NCBI RefSeq assembly: GCF_004010195.1
Contig: NW_025214741.1
Location: 1-50,000 of the forward strand
DNA length: 50,000 nt
Direction of reading: 5' to 3'
From: Chiloscyllium plagiosum
Taxonomy: Eukaryota
This document shows, piece after piece, positions 37,551-48,774 of this stretch; position 1 is the first letter of the stretch; every line of letters starts with the position of its first letter. The position numbers and the translations under genes are program-made. The notes beneath the pieces are model-generated. The model worked only from the letters and a program-made list of their open reading frames with translations, was not told where the DNA came from and did no database searches.

Positions 37551-40500
37551 GAGGTACTCCTCTGAAGCGGAGATGGTTCCCGGTTGATTATTCAGCTTTC
37601 ATAGCCCGTCCATTGCCCTTATTTGGACTGGTCTCCTTGCCAATTGAGGGGTCACCTCAAATTCCCAGTGGGTAACTACTTACTCCCTATACAACCACAT
37701 GGGGGAAAACAACTCCCCTAGCCCCACTCCAAAAGCAATTCAGCCTGACACTGAGGGCTAGAAGAATGACAAAGCTATGTTGCCCAGTGAATATTTCACT
37801 GGGCCATTAGGTGGTGAATGGCCCGTCCCCCCAAAAAAGCACTGTAGCTCAACTATAAGCTTTACCCTATTTAACTCTAGCCAACAGCACAGGCTGCTCA
37901 GATTCAGACACACAAGCCCACATAACTCGACACTATAACCAAACAATGTGTTTACTCAGTAAATTAATCAGGACTGCAGTGAAAGTGAGCTTAACTTGTT
38001 GACAGACATATCACTGTGTATTATTCTCAATGTGCACACAATTCACTCCCTCATCTTCTGATAATCAGCCAAAGCATATATAAAAAAATAAGAAAAAGCC
38101 ATCCACACGACAGTCACTGACCGGAGTGCAGAGCTGTATTAATGCAGCATCAGCTCACTGTTATTCCAAGAGCCAGTCGATTCCCCTGCAATTCCTCCAG
38201 TGACGTGTTTGTTGAACTTGGCTCTCACTAAAAAGAGTGAGCACTTGCACAGCCTGCTCCTCATTTCAAAGTTACTGAGAGATCTGTGATTTTGAACTGT
38301 TTGAGTGGATTCATCTGTGCAGACTGGCAGAATGGAACCACACTTCCTCTTCCAAATCCCCAAACCACATGCAAAAATAACATTGGGCGCAGAGTCAGGA
38401 ATTTGTCTTTGAAATTGCAAACCCTTCAAAAATAAAGGAAGAGAAAAAAACCTTGCATTTCCAAAGTCACATCTTTCAGATAGATGTCAACCTCGCTTAT
38501 AAAAATGGGTGTTCGTGCACCATTACTGCAATCATGGATGCTCACAGTTAGGCCACCTTCAACTTTATCTTGAATCCAGATAATCTCTGCACTTTTAAGC
38601 GCACCACCTCATGTTCAGTCCTACCAGAACTAGGACCTTACTCAGTACCAGTCATGTGCAGGCTGAGAGGCAGTGAGCTCCAAAACTTTTCATCGCTGAT
38701 GACTCAGTTTAGAACGTGATTTTATCTTGACCCAGCATCAGCACACACTGCAACCAGTTAAGAGTCATTTCATAGCGAATTATTACCATAAACTGGACAG
38801 TCTGTTGGTTAAATAACTATTTCCCAAAGAAAGTTTTGGGTCTTGAATTCAATAAAATTTGGTCTTTTGCAGGTTATCATGACACAGGAAAGCTGAAAGA
38901 CTGCAATTTTAAAAAGTTAATCTTTTGCTTGGTCTTTACAATAACTCCAGTGATTAACTTTTAATACCCTCTATGGTCTAACAACCATCAACCATTAGCT
39001 TCATACAGCCACATCCCAGTCGTGTCTGTATTAAAAAAAATCAGGAGCGAGACATGAATAATCCTCCCTCTCCTTAGATCAATCCTTAGCATTGTCACAA
39101 GCCTTTTACGTACTATAAAAATATTTACATGGAAAGATTTACAATTCTCCAATTTTCCCCTCAGTTTAATAACTTTTCACTAATTTCAATAAGTTTAAGG
39201 ATGTTCTGAATTGCCAAATACTCAAAACATTAGGGGTTAGAAGCTCAAATTAAAAAAAAAGTGCATTATGTACTAAAGTTAATCATTATTTGATACTTGG
39301 GCCAGTACAATGACTGTACATAGATGCTATCAGCACAAGTGTCCAAAGTTGTTTAGTACATTTCCAAAGAAATGTACTAAAGTTGATTAGATACTGTGGC
39401 ATTGTAGCCCACGTCAAACAATCAACATTTGGAGCCAAGGAATTGTACATTCAAAGTGGGACCAGATGGACCTTTTGTCCTTAGGATTGTATCAGAAGGA
39501 CAAAGAGGAGAATAATCACCTTCAACCTCCCACAGCATACTAACTAAGCAACCTATGGTCTGTGCTACAAGGACAAAGGCAATATTATCGTACTAAAAAT
39601 GCTGCAATTCAGAAAATTAAACCTTTGGGAAATAGGGTGCCTTAATAATGTTTAGAACAGACAATTGAGGGAGATAGATTGTGTGTTTGACATATTTTTC
39701 TCCCTTGGTTTCCACTTAAAAGATTCTTACTATGATGGGGCATAATGCCAGAGGTCATTCTTCATCCGAGAGTCTGGACAGCTCTTCCCTTCTTGGAGGA
39801 TCACAGTCAAGGTCCAATTTGCACTGTCTTGCCATTCACTTCATTACACTGTACAATGCAGACCAATATATAATGATCAGAAGTAGGAACAATAACTGAC
39901 ACTTCATTCTGGAAAGGCATTGGTTAACTTGCACATCAATAATTGTCCCAGCATGCCAAAGAATCAAGCCCTATTCCAGAGAATTGAGCACGTCAGGTAC
40001 TGAGGGATTATTGTTTCAATGGTACAGTATGCTAGAGTGCAATCTGTTGTCTGAGGTTAAAAAATTCCAGGGCAATACTTGAACAAGGGTAGAGCAGTTT
40101 TCCTGATGTTTTGGCTAATATTTAACCTCAACGAACATCTTTACAAACAACGTGTCTGTCTCTGGTGTGAGAAAGAACCTTTATGGCCATATTCAAAGAC
40201 ACCTTTCTATATGTGAAAACCAGTCGAGATATCCCAGGCAAGTGAAAAGGACTATTTTAGAGCAATATTTTTCCTTTACATGGTGGGATATAGAATTAAG
40301 TCCAATCTGTAAAGCATTCCCAAATCAAAGTACTGACTGGTCTGAGGTTTTGTTTAATAACCCCAGGAACATACCTCAGTCTTAACCCCACAAAAAGGGT
40401 CATCCCATTTTGTCCACTTCACATACCAATTATCCCATTCTCTCTAACTCAAACTGATGGTTTATTGTGGTCTGGGTTCAAATCAGTTAAGTCACACCAT

Positions 40501-42488
40501 GGTCAACTGTTGGACCCAAAGCTTTACAAAGAAAAAAAAAGTTAAATGAAATTAGAGTTCTGGTGAATGGTTTTGACTAGGTTTCTCCCCACAGATAATG
40601 CCTTAAAGACAGCGTGTTTTCCGATTTTGTGTTTTGAGATTTCCAGCACTGGTGTATTTTGCTTTAGTTCAAGATTACTGACATGAATTGATACTACATC
40701 AGCATCTCAACAAGCTCAGAAATACAACCATTCATCAAGATCATAAAGGCACTTACATTTCATATGTCATGTATTTCTAAAATGGTTTAGTTGCAAGCAC
40801 CTGCTCATTGTGTTAATTATCATAGGTAAAACCTAACTGATATCACCTGATAAACAAGTTTATGGACTTCAAAGTCATTGGATAGAAGTTAGGAGTAGGA
40901 GTTTTCATTGATTTTCCCCTCTTAGTTCAGAGGCTTAGAAATCAGTTTATGATACCCTTAGTTTGAATAAGCACATATCATGGAACACTCAAGCCGGTGT
41001 CTTTCTACTCTCAGTCACTCTTTACCGAAAGTCATCGGGGAGGCCCAGCTATGCCCTTAAAAGACTTTGTGCCCAGATGAGCACCTTTTTGGGTATGCAA
41101 GACTTAAACAACCATCATCTGTACCAACAAACAAAGGGATTTAACACAATCTTGCTTGGGATTTGAATTGCCACCAAGTACATGACACCAAAAACATTTC
41201 AACACAATCTGAAATTCAGTACAGAATTACTCGCAAAAGTTGAGGTTTACCAAATTATTCTTCAGGAGTATGGTATCCCTTTAAGAATGTGTATGGTTAA
41301 AAAACATTGCAAAGTTTCTCAATATTACATCAAACCACAGTTATGTTAATCTCACAGGGTGGAAAAAAATTCTAAAGAACACCACCCAGCAAGAGAACAA
41401 TCTAGACTCAGTAAGTCAGTACAGGAGCAATCTAGCATCTCAATTAGGGAATGACCATCCATTGCAATATAAAAATCAGAAAGCTGCAATTTAACCTGAA
41501 GTCTGAAGAAGCAATCTCAGCCAGATCAGCAGCAGGGTAACTATAAAGGTCTCAGCAACCCTGGCTAGATAAAGGAAAAACTGTTTCGCCTTCCTTTCCC
41601 TGATCACAATGATGACCCACTCTGCGAAGTGCAAACATGTGACTAGATGAAGACAATGTTGGCTCAGTTGTGATGCTTCCACAACAGAATAATCCAAATG
41701 TCACTGTCGAGACTCAATCATCAAGAATGGCTCCTATCCCATGGTACCTGAAGTTCTGTTGACCATGAATTACTGAGAGAAAACTGGGGGAAAGGTTAAA
41801 GTACATACATATGAACAGTATCACTTTTCACATAAAAAGTGCAAAGGCTTTACAAGCTTTGAACAGTACAGTAAAGATCACTCCTTGATTTAAACAAGGG
41901 ATAAAGCAAAGAAAACAACTGCCAATGTCAGGAACAAACCACAAAGTTATTCTGTTGATGCACAAGTATCCTTCTCGTTCCCTAGTCTTTTACTTGCCTT
42001 TCTAGCTTCAAATTGCTAAGACTGTATATCTATTTTGAAATAAGCTGGAGTGGCTTAATGCCCCTTTTTCATCCCTGACTTTTCTAAAGTTCCTGCGTTT
42101 ACAATTACATCTTTGTGAGGTTCTATGTATTTCAAATACAAGGATGGATAAAGAGCTCCTCCTCAGAAGTCACAAATCAACATTTAATTTACACCTTTCA
42201 CCAAATTGTAGTGTCTGAAACACATCAATAAACAGCAGTTTAAAATCATTGCCTGGTTGTAACTCTGGCAAAAAAAAAATCAGAATTTAATATAGCAATA
42301 CCACTACAAAATGTAGCCCAGTTTCCCATCCCACACATTTCCAGCTCACTATCTCCACTAGCCTCAAGCCTCCCCAGTACATTTCCTGTCAGAGACACCA
42401 CTAGGTTTGCAATAGAACTGGTGACGACAGGAGCTTCCCTACTGCTAACACAGGAAAGAAGCTGTAACTCAACAGGATTCAGACTTAC

Positions 42489-42499
42489 CGTTTCCACAT
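42489..42499 (-). CDS. RAB3IL1: Putative first coding exon of RAB3IL1 (11 coding nt, M-W-K-R split codon)
   Basis: Minus strand reads ACTACT ATG TGG AAA CG|GTAAGT: consensus donor, A at -3, in-frame TGA 7 codons upstream. The phase-2 end matches the phase-2 start of the 11052 exon and parallels the human MWSG start. It lies in a locally GC-richer segment. Confidence 0.7.
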
Positions 42500-43050
42500 A
42501 GTAGTGGGGGCTTCCCCTCACCCCACCACAGCACACCACACCTAGCTGTCCACTGCGACAGTTTGCAGCTGTTGCTCCATTACACACAGGCCCACGAGGG
42601 GCCAGGATGCCAGCTTCTGGCACCGAAACAGCAGGGGAGCGGGGGAAAGATTTCCCCCATCCACCGTCCTCCACGGGCCAACAGCCCCAACTCTGCCTCT
42701 CTCCACTTCACTGCATTCGACAGCACCGAGCACGCACAGAACAGCTCAGCAGCCCAGACAGAATATCACATGATCAAATGCAGCTCGCTCACTCAGGGTT
42801 TTTTTTGAATAAGGGAAACATGTGACCTTCCCTCCGGAATCTTATGACAAATAGACAGACAAGCAGCTCCAGCTGACAGAGAGCAACAGAATAAAGGTCT
42901 GACTGAAAAAACAGCTTTAACTTTCACCCAAAATGCCTGGGAGAGAGGCTTCCCTTTCCAAGCAAAACTGACACCCACATCCGGCCACCTGAATAATAGA
43001 AAGAGCTGCTGAGTCAATGGCTCCAGACTCCTCTCTCGCACACACTCCAT
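42500..43050 (-). promoter_or_regulatory. Probable 5' UTR / promoter-proximal region of RAB3IL1
   Basis: GC-richer, repeat-free stretch upstream of the putative start exon, with short uORFs, a CCGGAA (ETS-like) motif near 42834 and TGAGTCA (AP-1) at 43010-43016. The TSS cannot be placed from sequence alone. Confidence 0.35.
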
Positions 43051-43298
43051 CAGCAATTTCCAACTTGTGAAACAATTTGCGTCTCAGAAGCTCGGCAGCT
43101 GCTCAACTCACAGCTAGAGAAGTGAACTGAAATACAAGTAATCCAGCCTGTTATTTAAAAAGTTGTTTCAGACAGAGCAATTTTTTGCCTCCTTTTCAAA
43201 GGTACCCACTTCACCTTAGTGGATGTAATTATATGGGGCACCGGTCAGCGTCCATCACTTTCTTCACGTGGTCAGATTTCTACATCCATTCGTGGCTG

Positions 43299-43344
43299 CA
43301 TCCTGACCCCTCAATATTCACCATCCTGACCCCTCAATATTCAC
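43299..43344. repeat. Perfect 23-nt tandem duplication
   Basis: catcctgacccctcaatattcac occurs twice in direct tandem. Confidence 0.9.
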
Positions 43345-43607
43345 CTTCCTTCAGAGTATCTTGCCTGATTTTCCTAACTCAGGGACTAACTGTGGATCCA
43401 GCTAACTCAACCTAGAATAGCACTCAATTTCCAGGCATCTGGAACTCCGTATTGTATACATGAAGACTGGTAGCTGGTGAAAGTGAGTTGTTTGCTGTAT
43501 ATTCTTACAAAGCTTCGAACATAGCTAATTAAAATTGTGCACGAGGTCACAAAGTGTAGAATTATTATTAATGCCAGGGCATAACTGACATGAACAAACC
43601 TATGGAA

Positions 43608-44104
43608 TTATAAAATCCCTACAGTGCAGAAACAGGATATTTGTGCCATCAAGTCCACACTGACCCTCTGAACAGTATCTCAGCCAGGAGAAAATGTGAG
43701 GTCTGCAGATGCTGGAAATCAGTCGAGAGTATATTGCTGAAAAAGCACAGCAGGTCAGACAGCATCCGAGGAGCAGGAGAATCGACGTTTCAGGCCAGAG
43801 TCTGATTCCTGATGAAGGGGTCTAGCCTGAAACATCTATTCTCCTGCTCCACAGTATCCCACCCAGGCCCACCCCTCTACCCTATCCCATCGTGAAATCA
43901 ACCTAACTTACACATTCCTGGACACTATGGGCAATTTAGCATATCCAATCCACCTAACCTGCACATCTTTGGTCTGTGGGAGGAAACCCACACAGACACA
44001 GGGAGAATATGCAAACTCCACACAGTCCCCCACAGCTGGAATTGAACTCTGGTATCTGATGCTGTGAGGAAGTACAGCTAACCACTGAGCCAATGTGCCA
44101 CCCC
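43608..44104 (-). mobile_element. V-SINE copy interrupted by a Penelope-derived insertion (about 43686-43850)
   Basis: Head gctaaccactgagccaatgtgccacccc on +, V-domain, and tail aaaatccctacagtg; the tail is split by a degenerate duplication acagtatc(t/c)ca(g/c)cc. Confidence 0.78.
43686..43850. mobile_element. Inverted-duplicated Penelope-derived element (family A) nested in a V-SINE
   Basis: A minus-oriented body (aggagaaaatgtgaggtctgcagatgctgg...) is joined to the plus-oriented ttcctgatgaaggggtctagcctgaaacatctattctcctgctcc; degenerate TSD. Confidence 0.72.
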
Positions 44105-44879
44105 AAATATTGTTTTATGTATGAACTGCTACTACCAAGCTACTATCACAGGGAGTGTCCACCTCCCTTATTCTTCTTGGGTTTAGAGACCCTGTCAGGA
44201 CAGTTGGAACATATGTGATAGCATTTACACATCACACACCTACCTCACACATAGCAATATAATAATCAGAGCTGATACCAGCATAAAATACTGCCAATGG
44301 GTTTTAATAAGCACCAGTAAACAAAAAACAAAATCTCTTCCAGGTAATGTTTCAGCCATGACTCTGTTGATAGATTTCTTAGCACTGAGTCAGGAAGTCA
44401 AGGATTCAAGTCCCACTCCAGAGTTGTAATCTCAATAAACTCCCAAGCCAAACTGCCCAGCATCAAGGCAGCAATTACACAAGTTCAGTTTGATTGAGCA
44501 GGATACTTCAATTCTATGCCTGATACCAGACATCCAAAACAATTGCTTTACTCAATACAGAGTCACTGAAGGAGCCTCCAGGAAGGACAGCAGGAATGCT
44601 TTAAGGATATCATCAAATTTTCTCTGAAAACATCTCCACCAACTCATGACATTCCCTAGCCTGTGACTAACTAAAATGAAGAAAACCCATATGAAGAGCT
44701 GTATCAAGAACACACAAACCTCCCAACAACTCATCTGCCTGACCCTTCAAATGCCATCTCCCCAGGCATGTGACTGAGTCTGCAGACCATACAATAAACT
44801 AATCAACCAGCTGAACTCAATGAATCAGAATTCAAACAAGTTCATCCTTGATCCAAAGGGACTGCCAAAAAGCAAGAAA

Positions 44880-44995
44880 CTGTTGCTAATCTATTGGCTG
44901 CCTTGTTTCCTACAATACAACACTGACTATACTTCAAAAGTACATCATTGGCTGTAAATTGCTTTGCAAAGTCCTAAGGTTTTAAAAGACACTTT
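44880..44995 (+). mobile_element. Deu-type SINE (SacSINE1-like) 3' fragment
   Basis: attggctgccttgtttcctacaatacaacactgactatacttcaaaagtacatcattggctgtaaa resembles the recalled consensus. Related remnants lie at about 780-945 (minus), 39960-40145 and 44375-44425. Confidence 0.5.
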
Positions 44996-45044
44996 CTACC
45001 ACCATGCAAAGGTTTTAAACACTTTTTAAAATAACTTCTAGCAT

Positions 45045-45160
45045 TAATAGGAAGGGTTTGGAGTGATATGGACCAAGTGCTGGCAAATGGAACTAGGTTA
45101 GAATATCTGGTCAGCATGGACCGAAGGGTCTGTTTCCGTGCTGTATATCTCTATGACTCT
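45045..45160 (+). mobile_element. CR1 LINE extreme 3' end
   Basis: aggaagggtttggagtgatatggaccaagtgctggcaaatgg...ggaccgaagggtctgtttccgtgctgtatatctctatgactcta, nearly matching 20721-20818. Confidence 0.75.
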
Positions 45161-47291
45161 ATATTACCCACAAACAATATCAAGAGGGGTCTAATTTGCT
45201 TCAATTCTATCCTCTTTTTGTCATCTAACTTTACCTTACATGAATCTAATACTTGCAGCTGCATTGACCAGTCAGAAATTTAATTTCCAATGTTAATCAC
45301 AATATAAAATTCTTCAATACATTTGACAAACTGTCCTGTGACCAGTTTTACTTTACCAGTCCCTAATTCCAGTCAATTATCTAACCTTATCCACACTGAT
45401 CCACCTTGTGACCTTTGTGGAAAATATCTCATTTACAGAAAAAAGGTGCCATCCAATGCAGGATCCAATTTAATGACATAAATTAGAAAAAAGGACTGAA
45501 CATAGAACAGATCCTTTGAGCATTCCCAGAAACTTGGATATACAAAATTAAGATTACCATGATCTTCCAGCAAAGTAATTCAATATCTTTCGCAATTCAA
45601 TTGTCCTGCATTCTGTACGGTCTGGATAGAAGGACATAGTAAAACTACCAGCTCACAGGCCTTCTCCATTAGCGCAAATCACCAACCTGATTCTCAAGTG
45701 TGCAAACTGGTTGTTGTCTTTGGACAGGATAAGGCCTGCCCATAAAAGCTCAGCCTCTGGCACTCTCCATTTCTACAAATTACAATCTGTGAGTGAAATT
45801 TGATGCACACATACAGAGAAGAAGGCAATTCCCTTAATCCTGGACCTTGACAGTATGTTGCGATTAATTTGATCAAATCCAAAAAGCAAAAACAAACTGG
45901 ATCGCTGTGAAGTGAGTGTCAGTAACTCCTCCCAGACAGCACTGTCTTACTCACCACACCTCCGATGAGTCTAATCCAGTTTCGTCACATTGTCAGGCTT
46001 AATAAATACTCCCATATTACTGATGGTATCACTATTGATATTACTTCAATTACTTTGCAGTGTTGCATTTGTCATAATTCTTTACAATAAAGGCTTTGAG
46101 ACTTCATTTGCTCATTGAATCATTTGGTGTGGTGCTGAACCACACAGACCAACAAGTATCAAATTCAGTTGTTGGTGTTCAGTTTGCTGATCTTAGCAGT
46201 CAAAGTATTACACTTAGCTTCAGAGCCTTAGGCTGACAATAAGAGTTGGATAGGATTCCTGCTTCTCCAATCGTTTCTGCAAGAAAGTGAATCTCTAAGG
46301 GCACCCCAAGCCCAGGTTCCCCAAAATTGAATTAATTGTAGCACATGGTATTCAGATTCACACAACCCACTTTTGGAAACTCCTAGGAGACAATGTCTTC
46401 TGAAGTGGATGGGAGAAAATTAATCAGGTGAAGTGAGGTTTTTGGGAGACTGGTTACTGCAATCAGGAGCAAAGGCTGAACAACTCAAAAAAAAAGCGGA
46501 GTAAACCTATAGATAGTTTACAAATAATGTATATTTCTGAAATTTAAAAGAATGTAAATGCATCATAGTCAGGTTCAATTTTCAAAGGTCATGCATACTT
46601 TTCAAAGGGGTATGTGCATCCTGGTCAGCAGAGGATCCCAAACTGACTGCTTTCCTTACTTGCCCAGGTGTTTAAAGTCAATTGTGGAACCACTGCCATT
46701 GCAATGAACAAAATCAGCACGGATGATGAAGTGACTTTTTATTCTGTGGAGCAGTTCATTTACTAAACCATCAAGAGCTCTCCTTTCAGTTGTTCACCAT
46801 AAGAGAGACACCCATTCCGGGTAAAGGTGTTAAGAGAGCCTGACACAAATGTGATAAAGAATTTCATTAAAAATACTTTGAACAAACTTAATCACCGCAT
46901 ACAGACTTGCAACATCACCCAGACAGTTGCCAGAAGTCACTGAGTGCAATGATAGAATTCTAGATCATGATAACCAAGATAATTATTGTAAGTTACAGTA
47001 TAAAGCTGGACTATCCGATAATGTACCGCACCTAAAACTGATGCAAATTTAATCCCTCTCCTACTGTAATGCAGGAATAACATAGAGAGTGGGTTTTAAC
47101 CAGTACAAAGCTTTGTACTCACAGAGTAATAGTGCCTCAAAATAAATATTGAAGGGCTATTGTGAGAACAAAATAAGACAAAGTAAATGAGCTATGGTGA
47201 AAGATTGGACAAACCTAAATGATACAAGATTAAAGAAAAGAGAGGAACTATCTCTATCTCTAAAGCGAGGAACTATCACTATATCACTTCA

Positions 47292-47483
47292 TGAGTTGGA
47301 GATGCCGGTGTTGGACTGGGGTGTAATAATTTCAGTTACATCACACTGTAAACTTTTGCTATAAATTCTGTGTCTTACAATTGTGTCCTCCACAACCACC
47401 TGATGAAGGAGCAGTGCTCCGAAAGCTAGTGCTTCCAATTAAACTTGTTGGACTATAACCTGGTGTTGTGTGATTTTTAACTT
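47292..47483 (+). mobile_element. Penelope-derived element (family B) with an inverted 3' piece at its 5' side
   Basis: 12-bp TSD tatatcacttca (47280-47291 / 47484-47495). The first ~33 nt are the reverse complement of the family end tacaccccagtccaacaccggcatctcc seen at 34004-34031. Confidence 0.82.
47397..47431 (+). ncRNA. Minimal type I hammerhead ribozyme motif (best-preserved copy)
   Basis: CAC-CUGAUGA-A-GGAGC AGU GCUCC-GAAA-GC-UA^-GUG: complete core, 5-bp helix II, 3-bp helix I, palindromic helix III. Confidence 0.7.
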
Positions 47484-48543
47484 TATATCACTTCAAAGTG
47501 ATTAAAATCAAAATGTGTACATTTAGATTAGGAAGAACAGTTTAAAATAGACAGTTTAAATGTAAATATCCTGGTATTTCCAACATAACAGCACATCACC
47601 ACATAGACTGAAGCAGTTCAACAATTCAGTTCAACGCTGTTTTCAAGGGCATTTAGGCATGCACTTTAAATGCAGGTCTGATAGTGAATAAATGAACAAA
47701 TAAAAACTTTAAACAGCAAAATACTGCAGATGCTGGAGACCTTATCTAAAAACATAAAGTCCTCAAGAAGTACACTATGTAAGACAACATCTGTGGAGGG
47801 AGGAATGAAGTTAATGTGTCAAGTCAATGTGACTTGTAAAGGCCCTCACTACTTTTGTTTTTCTTATTTCTTTTGGTTTGCAACTGTGAGATGTGCTTAA
47901 GAGTTGAACTTGGAATAACAGCTTGTTCTAAAAATGAGAACAAAGACAGATGTTGGCTGTTGGCAACTGGCCTTAATCAACTTAATTACTGTTTTAAGGA
48001 CACTTAGAGAAATCAGTACTGAGCTGTTTCAGTGCTCAGGCCTGGCAGCTGGTTGGATCTTGAAGAAGGGAGAACCGGCACTAACAAAGCAACCACCGAA
48101 ATCTTTTTTCTGATTAAATTTCTGATGAAAGATCATCAGCCTGAAGTATTATTTCTCGCTCCACAGATCCTGCCAATTGACTGGCTGTATTTCTAACATC
48201 TTCCAAGTCTAGTCAAAATTCCCAACATCTTCAGTACATTCACATTCATGATTGATGCAAAGATTAAAAGTATGCAGTGCTAAATGATCTTATAAAGATG
48301 AAAGTAAGGTCAGTTTGTTATCATTGAGGCTGGTTTGCTTGAAAGTTCTTTTCAGGAGGAAAAAGGATTGAGACCATGAAGCCAAATTTCCGTATTTATG
48401 ATGGCTTCTGTAGTCAAATAGCTTAAGGCTTCTCCCGTGAGTAAGCAGAGCTGAACAGGTTCTGAAAGAAAATTAAGGAATCTTTACTTCACGTTGAGGA
48501 TAGTGTGCTTTGTGGCCTTTGGTGGGGTCGTGCAGTAGTCTAG

Positions 48544-48774
48544 AGCTGAAAATGTGTTGCTGGAAAAGCACAGCAGGTCAGGCAGCATCCAAGGAACAGG
48601 AGAATTGACATTTCGGGCATGAGCCCTTCTTCAGGAAAGAAGAAGGGCTGAAGAAGGGCTCATGCCCGAAACGTCGCTTCTCCTGTTCCTTGGATGCTGC
48701 CTGACCTGCTGTGCTTTTCCAGCAACACATTTTCAGCTCTGATCTACAGCATCTGCAGTCCTCACTTTCTCCTA
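48544..48774. mobile_element. Head-to-head inverted Penelope-derived element (family A) forming a 93-bp hairpin
   Basis: 14-bp TSD gtgcagtagtctag (48530-48543 / 48775-48788); arms 48542-48634 / 48648-48740 with 3 mismatches; CUGAAGA...GAAA cores on both strands. Confidence 0.85.

Larger units (their letters stand above)
3587..42499 (-). other. RAB3IL1: RAB3IL1 (GRAB) gene body, 3'-incomplete; Sec2-domain guanine nucleotide exchange factor for Rab3A/Rab8
   Basis: Spliced minus-strand exons join with GT-AG boundaries and matching phases into MWKRDQKL...[71 protein letters not shown]...[31 protein letters not shown]...ECGGP. The segments RLRSSS.EIREKGSE and [18 protein letters not shown] fit RAB3IL1 better than its paralog RAB3IP (from recalled sequences). 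The final exons (the CALSG...YIRYIQQGL region) were not found in the window. Confidence 0.9.

Noticed and set aside
42246..42674. 142-aa minus-strand ORF (MEDGGWGK...) as an N-terminal coding exon
   Set aside because: It starts at GTG and reaches the 42489 donor in phase 0, incompatible with the phase-2 acceptor at 11052. The MWKR frame fits instead.
48120..48240. Additional hammerhead at tctgatgaaagatcatcagcctgaag (related remnants at about 11140-11310, 40555-40670 and 47705-47860)
   Set aside because: The GAAA half of the core and the helices are lost; these are recognisable only as old Penelope-like remnants.
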